DNA of 63,277 nucleotides, counting the filler, from Perkinsus chesapeaki ATCC PRA-425 (taxonomy: Eukaryota > Protista > Perkinsozoa): the NCBI GenBank assembly GCA_013115145.1. It is 5 parts of 5 records of this genome, joined end to end, with 100 filler letters (N's around TTAATTAATTAA, not from the genome) between each part and the next. Parts side by side here need not be neighbours in the genome. Positions count along the whole stretch, not along the records: positions 1 to 31,828 come from JAAPAO010000412.1; 4 more parts are not named here. The stretch is one strand, 5' to 3'. This document shows positions 1 to 12,600 of this stretch, one piece after another. A program made the position numbers and the translations under genes. The notes below the pieces were generated by a model. That model was not told the DNA's origin. It did not search any database and worked only from the letters and a program-made list of their open reading frames with translations. Positions within the stretch are counted from its first letter, which is position 1. Each line of letters opens with the position of its first letter.

Positions 1-1753
1 AGGCTTCCCCATCAGCGTCCAGTCCTTAGTGCCAATCAATAGCACAGAACCGAAGACAATCTAAATGCCGTTGAGTAGTTTACATTGCAATCGCTGTTCT
101 AACCTGATCTCCAGCCTGCTTTCGCTTAATACGTTCGGTCTGTATAATATCCCCTATCGTCGCCTTATGCTGCAGCCACTTCCCCGAGAGAAATACCACA
201 AAGGCATTCTCGAGATCCAGCTTCATGCCAGGCGGAGGGTCCTTTGGTGGTTCAGAGCTAACAATAATAACATCTTCCCAAACTTCATTTTACTAGCAAT
301 ACGAATATATCGGCTCGAAACTTTGAGTAGTGTGTTCTAAATTCACCGGGAAGGCACTTGGCAGTGCGCTAGTCCTGCTCCTCAACACTGACCAAATCGG
401 TGGTCCTCCGCAGTATTTTTAATACCATTGTTTTATGATTGTGCCCCATATATTTGATGCCATCATTGAAGATCATCACTGAAGCACTAATGGTGCGCTA
501 TATTGTGTATAAGCAAACTGTGCGCTACATATGAACAACGAAGAGCGCCGCGTCGTCTAAGCTTTGAACATCCTAAGAAGGTTCCTCCCCCTCATGCACA
601 TCTAAAAATGCCTTCATAACGCACTCTACTTCAGAAGTGAATCAAAGCATATCTCCTATTATCCCTATTTAGTACATAAACGGCATTCTATCGTGCTGAA
701 CAAAGGCTGTAGTGACCTCCCTTTTAGGATGCCTATTGGGGAACGACTTCCACTTCCTTCGCATATTCATTCTGTTTCGTCGGACATCTCCAACGTAATT
801 CCAGCGAAGCTTCAAGTCCGCATAGGTCACGATTTCGTTCATATTTTGGTCTGTATCCAATAGAGGATGCTTCGGTACCTTGTGCGGCACCTTCATATTT
901 TCACCTAAAACACAGGGACTTATAAAATAAAGCAAGAGAAGGCTTCGTGCTGAAGTTGACCGCTAAGCTACCGACCCCTGTACGGCAAACTAGAGACTAT
1001 TACCTTCCTACAGCAGAGCGATATAACGAGCATAACAATGATGAAGAGGGATATATTTGGAAGAGAGGTTGGCGGTTGTTTAAAGACAGTAGCTAGGGAA
1101 AAAACACCGTCCAACAGGATAGTCGGTAGTTCCGAGAAGGAAGGATATTCATTGCACATCCTTTCTTCTTTCAACAACTTATATTGAATACTCCCCAGTT
1201 AGTAGTACCATCCCACTAGTTAGTACCTCCCCTATGTTTGCCGATTTGAAACTCAAGTTTATGGGCGTACGACGCTCGGCGACGATGCTTAACATCCACC
1301 TTAGCCAATCGCTGGAAGAACCGACGAAACATTCACCTAGATACTACCCGCACCATAACTCTCACAAACGCAACATTGAAACAGGTAGGCACGTAGGAGG
1401 AGGAACAGACTGGGGTAGTACTAACTGTTCAAGTGATTGCTATTAGGGGTATCAGTACGATGGCAACTATAACTACTTAAAGTGTGCTGCTTAATGACGG
1501 CACGGACTATAGGACAGATCAAAGGTACGGAATCGGACAAAACGATTCTCCTGAGAAAAGGGACAATTACACAAACGCGATGTGATAGTAGTACCAGGTC
1601 AGTAAGGGGCGTTTCGAGATCCTCGAAGGCCTCAGTGCCGCGGACAGTACTGTTGTAAATGAACTGCTGACTGATAGGCTCGGTGAGGTTACCCATAGGA
1701 TGCTCGATACCCAAGATATTCCAAATCTTAGATAGACGCCTAAAAGTACTCAT
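1..1753 (-). CDS. MRPL21: Mitochondrial ribosomal protein bL21m with long N-terminal extension (multi-exon, runs off window start; 5' end tentative)
   Basis: Spliced exons at ~1-240 read MKLDLENAFVVFLSGKWLQHKATIGDIIQTERIKRKQAGDQ|IVFGSVLLIGTKDWTLMGKP, the bL21 core (FAVV..Q.KV..GD.I / VLL.G..FTL.G.P). Upstream exons include ORF 669-935. The ATG at 1753 (MSTFRRLSKIW, transit-peptide-like) is inferred. Confidence 0.75.
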
Positions 1754-1810
1754 CCCAAACTGAAGGGCTATAATAATGCTGAGCAATAAATCCTTCCCTC
1801 GACAATGACG

Positions 1811-3841
1811 TTATTTCAAGCTTTCGAAAGAATCGAAATAAATGCGTTCTTCGGTCCAACATCTCCTACTCCCCGAGCGTGTCGATTGTTTCGAATGATG
1901 GCTTACAATTGAGGAGGAGCATATGTCCGAGTGTAGTTGACGTAGGCGTCCTTAGGGAACTCTTTCATTTCACTGATACGGCGACGAAGCTCCACAAAGG
2001 GGGTAGAGTAAGGAACGAACTCCCTGCGAAATACAGCAAGATACACTGAAAAGGAACATACGCGAGTCTACCTTGTAGGCTCATAAGGCCATCCCTTAGC
2101 AGGGGGGGTGATCCAGAACTCGCTGGAAATGTTGTATTCGTTGAGGAACCTCTTGGTCTCGCCAGTGAAGAGCTGTCCTAGGTCCACCTGGGCCCACTCG
2201 ACACTAGGGATATTGGTGCTGTGAACCTACAGATGGGCAAATATCAAAGTCGCTGTCGATATAAAGACATACAGTAACATAATCCCTCTGGTAACCGAGG
2301 AAATCAAAGTCATCGCCGAGGACCAACGAGTTGGGCTGGCCACCTTCAGTACGGAGGTTCGAGAACATCGCCAATGCAGGATAGTTACGGATACCGAGAT
2401 AGGGGCAAGCTGAAAGATACGATCACATGCGCATGCGTGCACATTGTGGTTGAATGGCCTACAGGCGAGGCAGACTATGAAGATCCAAGGGATGCATCCA
2501 AGGAAGCTACGCTTCGGGTGGACCCTCTTGACGGGCACATCGCTCTTAGGGGCTGGCCAGAAGGTAACCGATAGGAGATAGACGCATGAGCAAAGACTCC
2601 ATACAGCAGCGAATGGCCATAGACCGTAAGGGGGGTACCTAGGAGGCAGATTAGAGGGAAATGCGGTATGACTAAATGGCCTACTCGAAGGGCAGCTCGC
2701 CACCAAGATCGGAGGCCATAATGCTCGGCCAGGCAACGACAAAGCAGGTGAAGATACCGAGGAAACCTCCCCAGCGGAGAACAGGCTTGGCATTCATCCA
2801 ACTTTCAACCTTGTATGCGACAAGAGCAGCTTGCTCGGGTAATACCTGAATTGAGACCAAGTTGAGGAGGGAGCGGTATGAAGGAGACTTACGAAAGTGT
2901 ACATCGGGGCCATGGCCATAGTGAAGGGATAGACGCTCATTGGTGAGACAGTCTCAGCGAGAACACAGTGGAAAAGGGCACCCCAAAAGCACACGAAGCG
3001 GAGCCAGAAGTAGCTACCTGAAGAACGATAAAATTGCGACGGATGTATATTAGTAACAACCCACCCTTGGCAGCTCCGAGGATGAGAGCAATAGGAAGGC
3101 CTATTTCAATGATAACAGCCAAGTGCGGCATGAAGTCCCAAGGAGCCCAAGATGGCACCCAGAACTTGAACAAAGGAAGGTCAATAAAGCCAGCAAACAT
3201 GAGAATCTGAAACGGTCGAGGTCCACTAAGATACCCCCAAGGTCGCCTACGCAGCAGCTGTACTCGTGGCTTGGCCATCCTTCGTTCATCTTATCGATGC
3301 CAGTGACGAAGTACAAGGCAACGACCATGGCACGCATGGCCCATGTGGCGCGGTCCACCCACTCGGCACGGTCGCTCTTGTACGTGAGGAAAACCTAAGG
3401 CAGCCAGAGTGGTGTTCATTCCGACCTCCTATGAATCTTACGCAAGATCCCAGGGCAATATCCGCGAAGATATGGTTGCTGTAATGACCAGTGACGAAGA
3501 TAACGATGAAGCCGACCAGCAAGGACGTCATTGTGACGTAGCGGCAGCGGGGCTTCACGAGCGCGAGGAAATCCACGATGGCCAAGGAGAAGAACGGTAT
3601 GGCGTTCTCGACAGTGCGAGCATCTAAGATACGACAAGTGACGACCAGCACTGGAGGAAGATGGCTCACTCTTAAAGATAAAGAACAGTTTAACGCACTG
3701 GAGCAACATAAGTTGCGACCAGAAAAAAGTGAAGACCGAAATAGCATCAACCGAGCAGCTGCTCTGTGGCGCCTTCACGTGCTTCTTCTCTCCGACCGGC
3801 TCAACAGCCGCCGTCTTTTTAGTGTTGACCGGGCGAGACAT
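1811..3841 (-). CDS. HTTM-domain (vitamin K-dependent gamma-carboxylase-like) multi-pass membrane protein
   Basis: Exons give hydrophobic segments with HYSNHIF, LYFVTGIDKMNEGW and VPFHCVLAETVSPMSVYPFTMA, matching HTTM motifs (NH; Y..G..K.N..W; FH...F). Start MSRPVNTKK at 3841; 3' end approximate. Confidence 0.6.
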
Positions 3842-4110
3842 ACCAATAATCAACTGGAAAGGCGGGGTAGAATGCGTCAGAGACTGTGTTGCCGCTGTCC
3901 CCCCTTCGAGGCCACAGCCGTCAGCGATTCCGTATAGCTCGACGACACAAACAAATTGTCTAACACAATTCACAGGAAATCGCGCCACTCAAACGTTTCA
4001 CACTTTCCTCATTGTTGCAACCGTTTGTCTTATGCACCGAGACCACTTTCGATTAAATGAGTAATAGTAATTGCGCTCACACGACAAGGAACGGTAAGGT
4101 TATAGGAAAG

Positions 4111-5005
4111 ATGCCCCATCACCGCGAGCTTGTGACTGTCTATGGGAGGGGCACTTCCTTGGTTATTCTGAACTTCTGTATCTCAGTTATGACAAGTAGG
4201 GGTAACAGAATTGGTGATGACTGCCCACTGAAACATACACCAAATATCATGTCACAGTATAATAAAGCAAGGTCCACCAAGATGATGCGCATGCGTGCAA
4301 ATCCTTGGCATCAACATTCAAGTACAAGACATGACACGACATCCTCTAAAAGCGGTTAAATGACCGTAGTAGCTTAAGTTCACAGAAGACATGATCTCAC
4401 CAACGTCGAACATTCTTTGTGGATACTTCCCACCGAACCTCCCATCACATATTTCAGCAAGGGCAGCAGCAGTGCGAAACGAGTCCTCCTCGTGAGCATT
4501 CCAAGCCCACATGAGAGCTATGCGCATCACCCCTGCGAACTGAGGCCTCGATACACATATACAACAGGTCAGCCCCTCGAAGCTTGCGCCAAACAAGTCA
4601 TTCGTAGAGAGCTGTTCATCACAGCTGGAGCGCGTTGTAGCAGAATGCCACTAGCAGAGGGGAGCCACATGACTGCTCTACAAGGCGACCTTAAGACTTT
4701 TTCGCTGAGTGAGGGACACCTCGAACCCGCACAGTGTGCTCAACACGAACACATGTACGCCGGCAGAATACTATTTTAAAAATACCCCGGACCACATGGT
4801 AAGGGCCAAAGCTGGCCTCGCGGCAGCAAGAGGCATTACTAGCTTTCGAAACAGATATATTCCTATATTCGCACTAGGAAGCATCTGCCACCCTTCCACT
4901 CCCATCAGCTCCAATATTGAATTCAAGGCAGATTGGCCATCAATAGAAACAGTGAGGTCCTCTCCTAGGCCATCGGCGGCTGACATATCCTTCCTGTCTC
5001 TATAG
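4111..5005 (+). CDS. Hypothetical multi-exon protein
   Basis: Overlapping ORF segments 4417-4779 and 4709-5005 with plausible GT-AG introns; no family recognised; 3' end abuts or overlaps EMC5. Confidence 0.3.
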
Positions 5006-5866
5006 ACTTCTTCACAGCATCTTGCAGCAACTGACGAGCCGCAGAATCCTTCTTGTACACCACGAACGATGGACGCGCATTCGACGTGTCCCATGACCTG
5101 AAATGAGCTGATTGCATTTAACCTCCGGCTCCCCTACGTATGGGTTTTCTGGTCCGACAGTCGAATGGGCTTGAAGTCGCCAATGACAGCCATAAAGGCA
5201 ACAGCGGCCCCTATGACGCTCTCGAGGACCACCTACAACAGACTAACGACGACCGCTTTGTGGTATAGTTTACCGTTAAAAAGAATGCAGTTCCCATAGT
5301 GTCCTCTTCAACTTCTGCGGCTGGCATCTCCTGAGGAATCACACAATGCATAGTGGAAGACCAAGGCAGCAGAGGTAATACGTTGGATGCCCTCTGGCAT
5401 CAAACTCCCACCAAAAATCCATTATATCCCAGAATTTGATGGTGATATTTAGTAACATAATTGCCTCGATGTTATCATTGTTAATATTACCATGTCTTAC
5501 GATATATAGATTATAATAGCTAATGTTTATCAAGTAGTATATATAATAACTAAGATGATTATTATTTGCCTCCTTATTATTCACCATTATAAGAGAGTCG
5601 CCTCCTTATTATTCACCATTATAAGGGAGTCGCCTCCTTATTATTCACCATTACAAGAGAGTCGCCTCCTTATTATTCACCATTATAAGAGAGTCGCCTC
5701 CTTATTATTCACCATTATAATATAATTTATTTTAATTCCCCTCCCTTTCCCCTTTTATTACCGTATTTAGCTCAGCAACTGCCGTATGCTCCACTTGGGC
5801 ATTCATCCTATATGCTGCATGGAACAGCATACCCATACCCAACATCAACAACGATCGATCGACCAT
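4965..5866 (-). CDS. EMC5: ER membrane complex subunit 5 / membrane magnesium transporter (MMgT) family
   Basis: Spliced: MVDRSLLMLGMGMLFHAAY...VVLESVIGAAVAFMAVIGDFKPIR...SWDTSNARPSFVVY...*. Contains the family motifs LxHAAY, FKPI and RPSF. Confidence 0.75.
5568..5720. repeat. 32-bp intronic minisatellite (~4.8 copies)
   Basis: Unit GCCTCCTTATTATTCACCATTATAAGAGAGTC at 5568, 5600, 5632, 5664 and partially at 5696. Confidence 0.95.
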
Positions 5867-6247
5867 ACGCATTGTGAATCAAGTACTTAACAACAAGACT
5901 CCCTAAACAGTAAGGCCACCGCCACCGCCGCCCAAAGTGTCATTGACTTGGCAGCACATCACAAACATGCCTACTTCGGAACGTGCGAAAAATGACATAG
6001 AGAATCCCAGAGATAGACAACAGAACCCAACGCATGAGTATGGTCAAAACGAACAAGACAAAATAGAAGCGGACCGCCTGATGAGCAGGTGGTAGTAGCA
6101 TCTTCATCTCACTGCTCCGATATTGCCAACAGCGCTCTTACCCCGCCTATCACGCCACGATCGAACTGAACAATAACGAAGCCACTGCATTACCACTTTT
6201 ACAAGCTGGGTGGTGACCAACGCTGACGTGACTCGCAAAAATGGATG

Positions 6248-8561
6248 CTATCTCGCGATTCCAGAAAGCACTAGTGGTCGCGCCTCGACCACAATTCGTT
6301 CACGCTCCAACGACAAGGTTTCTATTAACAATGGCAAGAATAGCAAATGGCACGGCAACATCCTCACACGCGAGGGCAAGGCTAAGCAAGGCTGCAAGTC
6401 GAGTCGCTACTATTACCAGATCTGCAGTAGTCCCATAAAACGTTCGATAGGCGTCCGTTGTATGCTGACCGTGAACGGATACATGGCGGGGGAGGCTCTC
6501 ATTGAAGATGGCAAACCGGGACTTGGTGAACTCACGCCATTCTGAAACAGGAAAACACTGAATAGGCTGACAACACAGCCACAGCGGTTACTACGTACTT
6601 TATCATACTCTAGATGCTATCATACAAAGAGCAAGTATCCAAGCTCGATCAACGAATTACACAGGGAGCTTCAAGATATGCAGGATGGCCGTGTCCTCAC
6701 AATATTATATTTTTTAGAAGGCGACATAACACTTATAGCGCACACTCTTCCAAGCGACGCGAACTCGTGCCCTCCACTGCCTACTACCTCGAGTCGTATC
6801 TTCGCAATCCATTTGCACAATGCAATTGTCCCCAAATATCTTCATCAGTTGTTTCCGGTATTCAACCTCCGTACAAAGAGCTGGGCATGCCACCACATCA
6901 CGCAGAGCTACCCGATCTGTCACCACCATTATGGCCGCCTTCTACAACTCTCGCTTCCTACCTGCTTCACTAACACTGCTCTCAACGATAATTAAATCTT
7001 CAAAGTATAAATGGCAAGGGCTATCACTCGATGCCTGAAGTTCGTGTTAGGCGCCTGAAAGGGGAACCGCTTACCGGCCGCAGAATCTCCTTTAATTTAG
7101 TGAATAATGCCAGCTTGTTATCCATATGGCACTGAAAAGGGGGGATATCCATCAGAGTTGGAGGAAATATGGTATTACAAAACACAGAAGGCTGACCGCA
7201 CAATCGAAGGGGCCTCCTAGAGCGGCTTGACTAGTCGTGAAAATGTCGTCCGCAATATACCGCGTCGTACTGCCTTCCTGGTAACCTAATAAAGGACAAC
7301 GAATGCCGCTTTAAAATCCCCATATTTTTGCCCGGTATAGGCTGGATCTCACCAGGTAGTGTAAAACACCTAAATGCTTCACAGAGACTCTGGGTGTTAC
7401 CAAGGCGATAACATCCGCGCGGTTAAGACTAAATCTCATGCTTCTCGATGACTAGTAAATAATCGTTCAACACAATCGTTTGATACAGTTATCTATCATC
7501 ACAATTGAGGCCACTCCAAATGGCAAACTATAATCTGCTATAAACCACTTGCAGCAGTTCGCAACAATATATCAACACACAAACATGCTCCTTCTCACTC
7601 CACCGACAACCCAGCTTGATCTCCCCCCAGTCACTACCATTCCGTTCCTTGGCGTCTATCTCTTCAGCAAGCCTAGCAAAGCTCTCTGAGATATCTAGGC
7701 TGATGGCCTCTATATAGGGAAGATTGCTCGCCATGTAACGCACTGTACCACCAATGCCACCACCTATATCAAGTACCTGATTACGCGGAAATGCGGTATT
7801 AATTCAATCATCTCTATCCACCTTAATCGGGCTCTCCTTGGCGTCAGGCCGGATGCCTAAAGCTTGAATTGCATTACGTACCGCCGCATGTCCCAAGTAA
7901 TGCTGGGAGGTAAGACCTTCCTCATCGCTGGCGTTAATCTAAACAGAACTCTAATTATGCCCAAACAGTCGCTCAACAGCCCACCGCTTCCAGCAGCACT
8001 TCTTCGGTAGCAGAACGGTGACACAATTGGCACTGTCCCGGAGACAAGTAGCAGGAGACACTACCAGCCTTCTACCAGGCTTTACTTCGAATACAATATA
8101 CATAACGTACCAAGAGCACCGACTACAGTGTGTCCGAGTTCGTTACGCGGAATCTTGATTATCTCCGCCAAAGATGTATTCGACTAGCTAGCTATACCGT
8201 TAAAAAGACTATTTCGCGAACAAGCTACAGGGACGTAGATCTCCCTATGAAGAGACTCCATTGAAGTCCGTGCATCAAAGCCACTGAGTAATAAACTTCA
8301 CCCTCGCTAGTTTATCATATTCCCATCCACACCGCCGTTCATTCTTTCCCATTTGCTACTTCATTATTTCCTTTCTTTTGTAGCAATAACTCCACCTCCT
8401 CCTCTGCCCACTTTGCCCTGTACCAATACCTAAGCCGGCCCTTTCCTCCCCCTTGCATCCCACTAATATCGTTACATGTTGTGCAGCAACGTGGCGCGCT
8501 CGTTCCCTTCCGAGCCCACTGATACGCATGGTGTAATCTCAGCAGCAGCAGCGACTGGCAT
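6248..8561 (-). CDS. Class I SAM-dependent N-methyltransferase (sarcosine/dimethylglycine or phosphoethanolamine MTase-like); ends approximate
   Basis: Spliced exons: EGLTSQHYLGHAAVRNAIQALG...|VLDIGGGIGGTVRYMA (motif I), YDAVY, HMDNKLALFTKLKEILRP|G.HLYFED, EYRKQL...EDTTR|EWREFTKSR. Confidence 0.7.
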
Positions 8562-8777
8562 ACCTCGAGCACTTTGTCAAATTATAAAATCTCAAACGCA
8601 ACATTCGCTTAACTGAACCCTAAATATGTCACAGACTGTCGGCAGCCCATCGCCCATGAGCCTCTATAAGGAGGAGAGAGCGACGAGCAGCAGCAACAGT
8701 GTTGGATAAAAAATAAACCGCCGAGGATCGAACCCACGACCATCAGATCTCGATCATCGCTGTCACCAAAAGGGTCG

Positions 8778-9354
<577 letters not shown>

Positions 9355-9611
9355 ATTAAGTCCTCAAACACTTGCCAAGGATAGAAGAAATGAACTGAAG
9401 GAGAAAGATCCAGAATGAATATGCCCCCAACTCAACCTAAAGATACTCTCTCGCGAACGAGAAGCATCATAGGAAACAGGAATTGTAAATGGCCTTCTGA
9501 AGCGTATGCTACTGTGACAGATTATACACAGTCAATTTTGTGGCGCGCGGTTTTGGACAGTGCCGTAGCATATCAACGCAGCCATCATCTGTTATTTTCC
9601 TTCAAAGAAAC

Positions 9612-12600
9612 TTAGAACTCGCAACGGCCAGGATACCTAAAAAATAACAATCCAAAAGATATATTTCATATTGGCGAGTTCGAAGCTGATGCCAAACAAC
9701 TCTGAACAACTGGCATCTTCGTATTCTCTAACTTTTAGGTTATTAACCACCAAGATATTTTAAAAGGCGACTAGCATTCAGAGATCCGACGCAATCCGAA
9801 GAAGGTCTTGCAATCTCCATCCAAGCTTACCTCGGGTAGGGGATGACATCCCTGATGTTCTCAACACCGGTCATCATCATAATAAGGCGCTCAAAGCCAA
9901 TACCGAAACCAGCATGGGGAACGCTGCCAAAACGTCTGAGAGAAAGAGGGGATAAAAAGGGGACAGCTAGCACACAATTCATGGAGCATTCCGACCGGGA
10001 GGAAGAGCTCACCTGAGGTCGCGGTACCACCAGTAGTCCTCAACGTTCATGTCGAGATCGGCCAACTTCTTGTCCAATACGTCAAGACGCTCCTCACGAA
10101 CAGAGCCTCCGCAGACCTAAAGCGATGGATATACAACCAAACCTCACTGCATCAAGAATCAAAGCTAAGATGGTTTTTTTGTCACTACAAGATGAAGCAT
10201 GCCAGTCCTTAAACCTTGTAAAAGGCTACTAATCGCGCACCAAATTGATAAAAACTATTGCAGGTGGAACCAATCCGGATTAATACAAGCTATTGCAGGT
10301 GGAACCAATCCGGATTAATACAAGCTATTGCAGGTGGAACTAATCCGAATCGTTTCAAAATCTTCATTGATGAACTCACCTCGCCAACAAGAGGCGCCAA
10401 AATGTCCATGGCAGCTACGGTCTGTTTGCTGGGATCCTCATCGGGGTTGGCTCTCATATAGAAGGCCTTGATGGCAGCTGGGTAGTTATAAACGATAACA
10501 GGCTTCTTGTATATCTTCTCGGTAAGATATCTGCGGGCACACTCATGACCACAGCGTCTAGTTAGTAGGAGCCGTACCTCTCGTGCTCAGAATCGAGATC
10601 AAATCCCCAATAGATGTCGGTGTTCTCGAACTTAGCCTGAAGAGGGGAATAGTTTTTTAACAAACAGGCAACTGCCACTAGTTTCTGACACCTCTAGCTG
10701 GACAATCTACCTATACGATCGAACAAAGGGGAAATTCCACTACTATATCAACATCATATGGTGAAAAAGCGACCCCCGAAACTTGTGGTAAAAAGTGCAC
10801 CCCACTGAGATTCGACGCTTCTCTAACCCACCGTGCTCGCTCCAAGCTGCCCCCCTTGCCCACCCTAACACTTCAGCTCACCTTGCCGCTCTTCTGTGCC
10901 TTAAGAAGCTGTTCGATCGCTTCTGTGTAACTAACCCTAGCGAAGGGCTCGGCGATCAAGTTCTCAAGACGCTTGATGAGGCCTTTCTCCACGAACTTAT
11001 CGAAGAAGGCGATATCTTCAGTGCAATGGGCTGAAACGCAGAGTGACGCACAAATACTATTTATGAATCAGTTAGACTATATAAGGCTATATATGTATAT
11101 TCCTAACCACTACTTTTCAGCCAATAAAGCGACCAAGAAGCTAAGTAGTCTATACAAGCGCCATCAGTGGATTCCTTGGACATAACGATACGAACGAGAG
11201 GTGGTAGAGGTACTAGGCTTGATTATTACCCAGGACATGGCGAGCACAGTGCTGGATGAACTCCTCAGCGCACTTCATGTTGTCGTGGATATCAGCAAAA
11301 CACAGCTCCGGCTCGATCATCCAGAACTCAGCCAAATGGCGGGAAGTATGCTAACATGACCGAGTGAAACCGAACACCGAGCACGCTCGACCTACAGAGT
11401 TCTCGGCACGGAAGCATGGGCCGAAGGTGTACACATCCGAGAGAGCGCAGGCGTAGTTCTCGACGTTAAGTTGGCCCGAGACGGTGAGGTAGGTCGGACG
11501 GCCGAAGAAATCCTGCTTGTAGCTGAAAAAATGCGGAGCGAAGCTCATCCACGGGAAAATAGAGAAACTAGAATTACTCAAAGTGACCAGTCTTGGGATC
11601 GATCTTCACGTCCTGGCCGTCCTTCTCTCCCTTCTGTAGCAGTTGAGTGACCTAAACCCACCCGAGTTCGATCCCGGCATGTTGCATTTCTCCACCTACC
11701 TGGAACATCTCTCCAGCACCCTCGCAATCTGCGCTAGTAATGAGGGGCGTATGTACATACTTGAAGTCTCGGCTCATGAAGAAGGCATGGACAGCACCAC
11801 TTAGCGAGGATCTGATGATCAAATAATAGCAAGGAGTTTGGCAGTGGTGGTGGTCTTGAACGGTCCGAACCAGAGAGCCATGAAGGGAGTGTAAGGACGA
11901 ACAAGGAGTTAACAGCTTTTAGCCCCTATTTTGCTGATACAAGGAAAAGCAATCTCATGCTGCTCCCGTCTCTGGTCATGCAGGATCATATTATAAAACG
12001 AAATCACCGCCACATGCCCGAGCTAGAAATACTGCTCGACCCTCACATTTACGTGGGACTTGACGAATCCTTGGTCGGAATTAATAGAAGTGTTAAGTGA
12101 AGTATTAATCAATTACGGATATCCCAAACTAACAATGGCGACTTTGAGATTAATTATCGTCAGTTATACAGTACTACCACGTAGTAATGACATTACATTC
12201 TACAAATCCAACATTGCTTCAGCCAATTGCTTACCTCACACGAGCGACAGCACCAATAAGGTTGGTTCTGGGACGAAGATGCGCAATCTCACGGAGGAAC
12301 TCTCTGCTGTGTTGCTTCTTAGCAAGAGGGTAAGCAGCAGAATCCACACCACCGATAACCTGCCCCAAACTCGACCAAAATCGCTCACCACAGACTTACC
12401 TTAATCTTGCCATTCTCGCGGACGCTGACCTCGACGGCCTGGCCCTTAGCGGGGCTCGCCACCAGGACGCCGATAGCCTGTACAGAGGCACCGGTGGCGA
12501 TCTGTGCAATAGCACCTAACAAAAATTCAATAAAATCTAGCGGAGCGAAGCAGATTGCGTACCCTCGAAATCCGGGCAAGTGTTATCCATAACAAGCTGC

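Noticed and set aside
10255-10347. 35-bp direct repeats of CRISPR-like length
   Set aside because: Head-to-tail with no spacers, no cas genes, and inside a eukaryotic intron.
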